The notes under the pieces were generated by a model. That model was not told where the DNA came from, made no database searches, and saw nothing but the letters and a program-made list of their open reading frames with translations. 64,000 bases of DNA from Macrostomum hystrix (taxonomy: Eukaryota > Animalia > Platyhelminthes): the NCBI GenBank assembly GCA_950097015.1, contig CATNEN010000038.1, forward strand, positions 22,754,001 through 22,818,000, written 5' to 3'. Shown piece after piece: positions 61,006 to 64,000 of this stretch. A program made the translations under genes and the position numbers. Within the stretch, counting starts at the first letter, position 1. Each line of letters opens with the position of its first letter.

Positions 61006-61340
61006 ATGCCTCTCTCTGCAAGTGAGAAGACGCTTCTGTTAGAGAAGATTCGCGACGTCAAGGGAACTTTATTTGGCGAGTTCACCTCGGTGAACGCCCG
61101 CTGCTAGCAAGTCGCCCGGGGCGAGAACGAGCACAAGTTCTGGATCGACGCAATCGACGCCTAAGCGATCTACTTCGACGGCTTCTAGTGGCAAAGCTAC
61201 TGTGGACGAAGCTGCACTCAAGAGAAGAAAGATTGAGTTGCAAATCACCGAGCTAGAAATGCGATCAGAAAACTGCGAAACGAAAAGCTACGGATCGAGA
61301 TTGAAAATCTCCAAGCACAGCGCAACTGGACAGGTAATTG
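61006..61340 (+). pseudogene. Truncated Myb/SANT-like accessory protein of the Harbinger element
   Basis: MPLSASEKTLLLEKIRDVKGTLFGEFTSVNARC-stop resembles the helix-1/LFG motif of Harbinger Myb-like proteins; downstream coiled-coil-like LKRRKIELQITELE. Confidence 0.55.
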
Positions 61341-61577
61341 TGCACCTGGTACGCTTTTTAATCAGCTGTAGTAGGTGTTCGGAGTAATGAGTTGCTTCAC
61401 TGTGCTTCCAGTCTATTTCAGCAGCATTGACATGGTCACGTTTAGAAACACGGTTGAACAATTTTTGTTATGTTGAAGTTGAAGTTGAAGTTCAGTTCAA
61501 TGATGCACGGGTTACTAAATACATTCAGCGCAACTTGTAACTGGCAACTATCTTTAGAAACTACACTTTCGAGTTGT

Positions 61578-61793
61578 TCATTGCATTAATTGCACAATTT
61601 GTTGTCTTCTTCCCTCCTCGGCGGCATCGTCCACTTCTTCCGTGTAGTCCTCGTCTTCAGCGCCGTAGTCTTCTAGTCCATCCAAATCTGTGTTGGGCAC
61701 AGTTCTAGCACATGTTCCTCCCGTAGCCGAAACCTTTCTAGCACAATTTGCGTCGTCGCTTGGGTTCGACAGAACCGTCGCTCTCATCGTCAC
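61578..61793 (-). pseudogene. Harbinger transposase remnant (catalytic core missing)
   Basis: Acidic tail then GRRQQIV-like end, as in HARBI1-type transposase C-termini; no DDE core. Confidence 0.45.
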
Positions 61794-62430
61794 AATTAAG
61801 CGATATAATACTACTATAATACGGTTAGAGGTGGCTGAGAAAGGTTAGAAGAAAGTGTTCTTTGAAAACTGTGCTTTTAGTTTACAAGTGCGAGTAAAAG
61901 AAGGCGACTATTCAACTTGTCAGCAATTACAAGTGTTTGGGATTGTAGACATAGACGCTTCATGAAACGAAATGCTTGTAGCAAGTACTTGTAGCTACTC
62001 TCTTGTAGCTTGTAGGAACTTGTAGTTTCGTTAAAGTCTATGAAACGAAATTCACTTGTAACTTGTCACTGATCCCACTTGTACCTTCTACAAGTCATTT
62101 ATGAAACACCCCCCAGGTGGTTGACAGTCTGTCTTATCTCTAACAGGTGTTTGACAGTCTGTCTTATCTCTAACAGGTGTTTGGCACATATAACAGGTGG
62201 TTGACAGTCTGTCTTATCTCTAACAGGTGTTTCTTATCATTAGCTCGTGTTTTGACGCATGTCTTATCTCTAAAAGGTGTTTGACTGGTGCGTAACAGGT
62301 GTTTCTTAAGTTTAAAAGTTTTTTCTTATGTAACTGGTTTGTTTTATGTCTAACAGGTGTTCAACAGGTGTGTATTATGTCTAAAAGGTGTGTATCAGAT
62401 AAGTAAAACAAATAAAAAAACTATACTTAC

Positions 62431-62470
62431 CAATAAGTGAAAAAAATATCAAGAATTGTCGGAAATTCAT
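62431..62470 (-). CDS. Knottin (ICK)-like secreted peptide gene, exon 1 (signal peptide)
   Basis: ATG 62470 gives MNFRQFLIFFSLI+G, perfect GTAAGT donor at 62430; 40 nt, phase 1, in frame with exon 2. Confidence 0.78.
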
Positions 62471-62944
62471 AAAGGCTTGATATGCAAATAAAAATTGAAA
62501 TTCACCTTACACAAAATATAGTTTTTGCAGCCTAGTTAATCCTGCAAGCATACAATTTAATCATAAGAAGGCGCAGCAGTTGCTCTGGCAGCCTGTCTAT
62601 GGCTCGGACTGTGGCAAACCTGCATTCAATTTAATCCTGCAAGCGCGCATTTAATCATTTTACTAGATGACCGATTTTTCGGCACCAGTTCCAGTTCCAA
62701 AGAGTGCACAGTGGGAAATTTATTAAAACAAAAAACAACTTTGTGCATTTGTAAGCACAAAATGCTTTAAAATACCAAAACTTACAGAAGAAATCTACTC
62801 AAAAAAAATTTCATCCAGATTCTCTGCCTAATCACGGAGTTATAGCCTTCTACTTTATTATAGAATGCATGTCCCATTGAACGCTATACATTTTAAAAGT
62901 CAATGTGACATTTTTGCAGAAAATCGAAAATTTATAGTTTCAAT

Positions 62945-63394
62945 CAGTGGCGTATCTAGGGGGGGATACGGGGATATATCCCCCCATTTCGCCGACCGAA
63001 GAGTGTCACCAACCCACGAAAAGTCGAAGACGAACGTTATGGCGGAATGCGATCATAGTCGTAATGTCGTTATTCGGCACAGTGATGTTCTAAATCTGAA
63101 TCTGAACTATATCTGTCTCATCTCGTCTGCGTCTCGCCGTCTCGTCTCTCGCCTCGACTCTGACGTGAGTCATGACGGTGACGTCTCTGATGACTCTGAT
63201 TCTGAGTCTCTGACTCTGTCTCTCTGACTCTCGAAATGTATAACAAAGTAATAAAAAGGTAGCGAAATCGTTGTCTGCAAATGGACTACAAAAGGTTATT
63301 TCAGTTTTTTAGCAGCAGCATGCGACTCATTTTCTCTGATAGTTGAAACAGCTAATTTATCCCCCCCCATTTTAAAATCCTAGATACGCCACTG
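62945..63394. mobile_element. 450-bp hAT-type MITE
   Basis: Perfect 16-bp TIRs CAGTGGCGTATCTAGG / CCTAGATACGCCACTG; 8-bp TSD GTTTCAAT / GTTTCAAC (7 of 8 match). Confidence 0.9.
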
Positions 63395-64000
63395 GTTTCA
63401 ACCGTCAGAGCCTATCGAGTTGACTTTTGCCTTTTAGTACCATTTAATTTACTTAAAATGCAATAACTGCGCAAAGAAATGTAGCGACTGGTGTATAAAA
63501 CACAAATTGCTTAGGCCTATTGATATTTTCTTTTGACTTCACTGGGCAGAACTATAAGTATAAGTCATACTTTTTAACTCGAATTGCGCGGCGATTTAAA
63601 ATTATCGCACATGCAGGTGTCAGATACTGTAACATAGGGACTAGTAAATTATAAACAATTTTATAATGGTTGTCAATAAATGAAGCATCGAATAACTGCT
63701 GCACATGTACATGTATTTGAATATAAATCATCAACCCACATTCTTTTATACAAGATCACATGAGTAAAAAATATTTTGTGCTATGTTTAACACACTGATC
63801 ATTATATCTTTTTGAATTAAGTCAAAATATACCTTGCAGCATAATTCCGTTATTTATCCACCATTTAGACTATCTTTGGTGTAGATAAAATATACTGAAT
63901 AGAAAATCAATTTGGTCAATAAAAATATACCCAGCGTACATTGGATTTTTTAATTATAGTAATTCTGTGTAGTGTAGTACATGCAATGTTGTTTTGTTGT

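Larger units (their letters stand above)
60698..62113. mobile_element. Internally deleted PIF/Harbinger-type DNA transposon
   Basis: TIRs GGGGGTGTTTCATA / TATGAAACACCCCC; 3-bp TSD CAG; subterminal TACAAG/CTTGTA arrays; Myb/SANT-like remnant (+) and transposase-tail-like remnant (-) in convergent orientation. Confidence 0.85.

Noticed and set aside
62865-63227. 120-aa ORF
   Set aside because: Runs across the hAT MITE boundary; no transposase motifs.

Overview
Invertebrate-animal genomic DNA (GT-AG introns, AT-rich spacers). By my rough count about half the window is about 40 different tandem minisatellite arrays; nearly all long ORFs in the supplied track are artefacts of these arrays. I reconstructed three genes by hand from splice sites and phases. 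(1) An Eph receptor tyrosine kinase (+, 1158..54479, about 1198 aa if all 17 exons of the 1A form are used). It has a second candidate signal-peptide first exon (13199..13277), a recent tandem duplication of the two exons of the second FN3 domain (three FN3 possible), a candidate 39-nt juxtamembrane microexon and a glycine-rich insertion in the activation loop. (2) A PTC7/PPTC7-type PP2C phosphatase (+, 57627..59696, 346 aa) ending in -SKL. (3) A two-exon minus-strand gene (62470..60217, 75 aa) encoding a signal peptide plus a C-C-CC-C-C knottin-like peptide, which the ORF track does not resolve; its intron holds an internally deleted PIF/Harbinger transposon. Also present are two hAT-type non-autonomous elements and CORE-like tRNA-SINE copies. 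Gene models are not checked against transcripts or databases, repeat boundaries are approximate, and the species cannot be determined.
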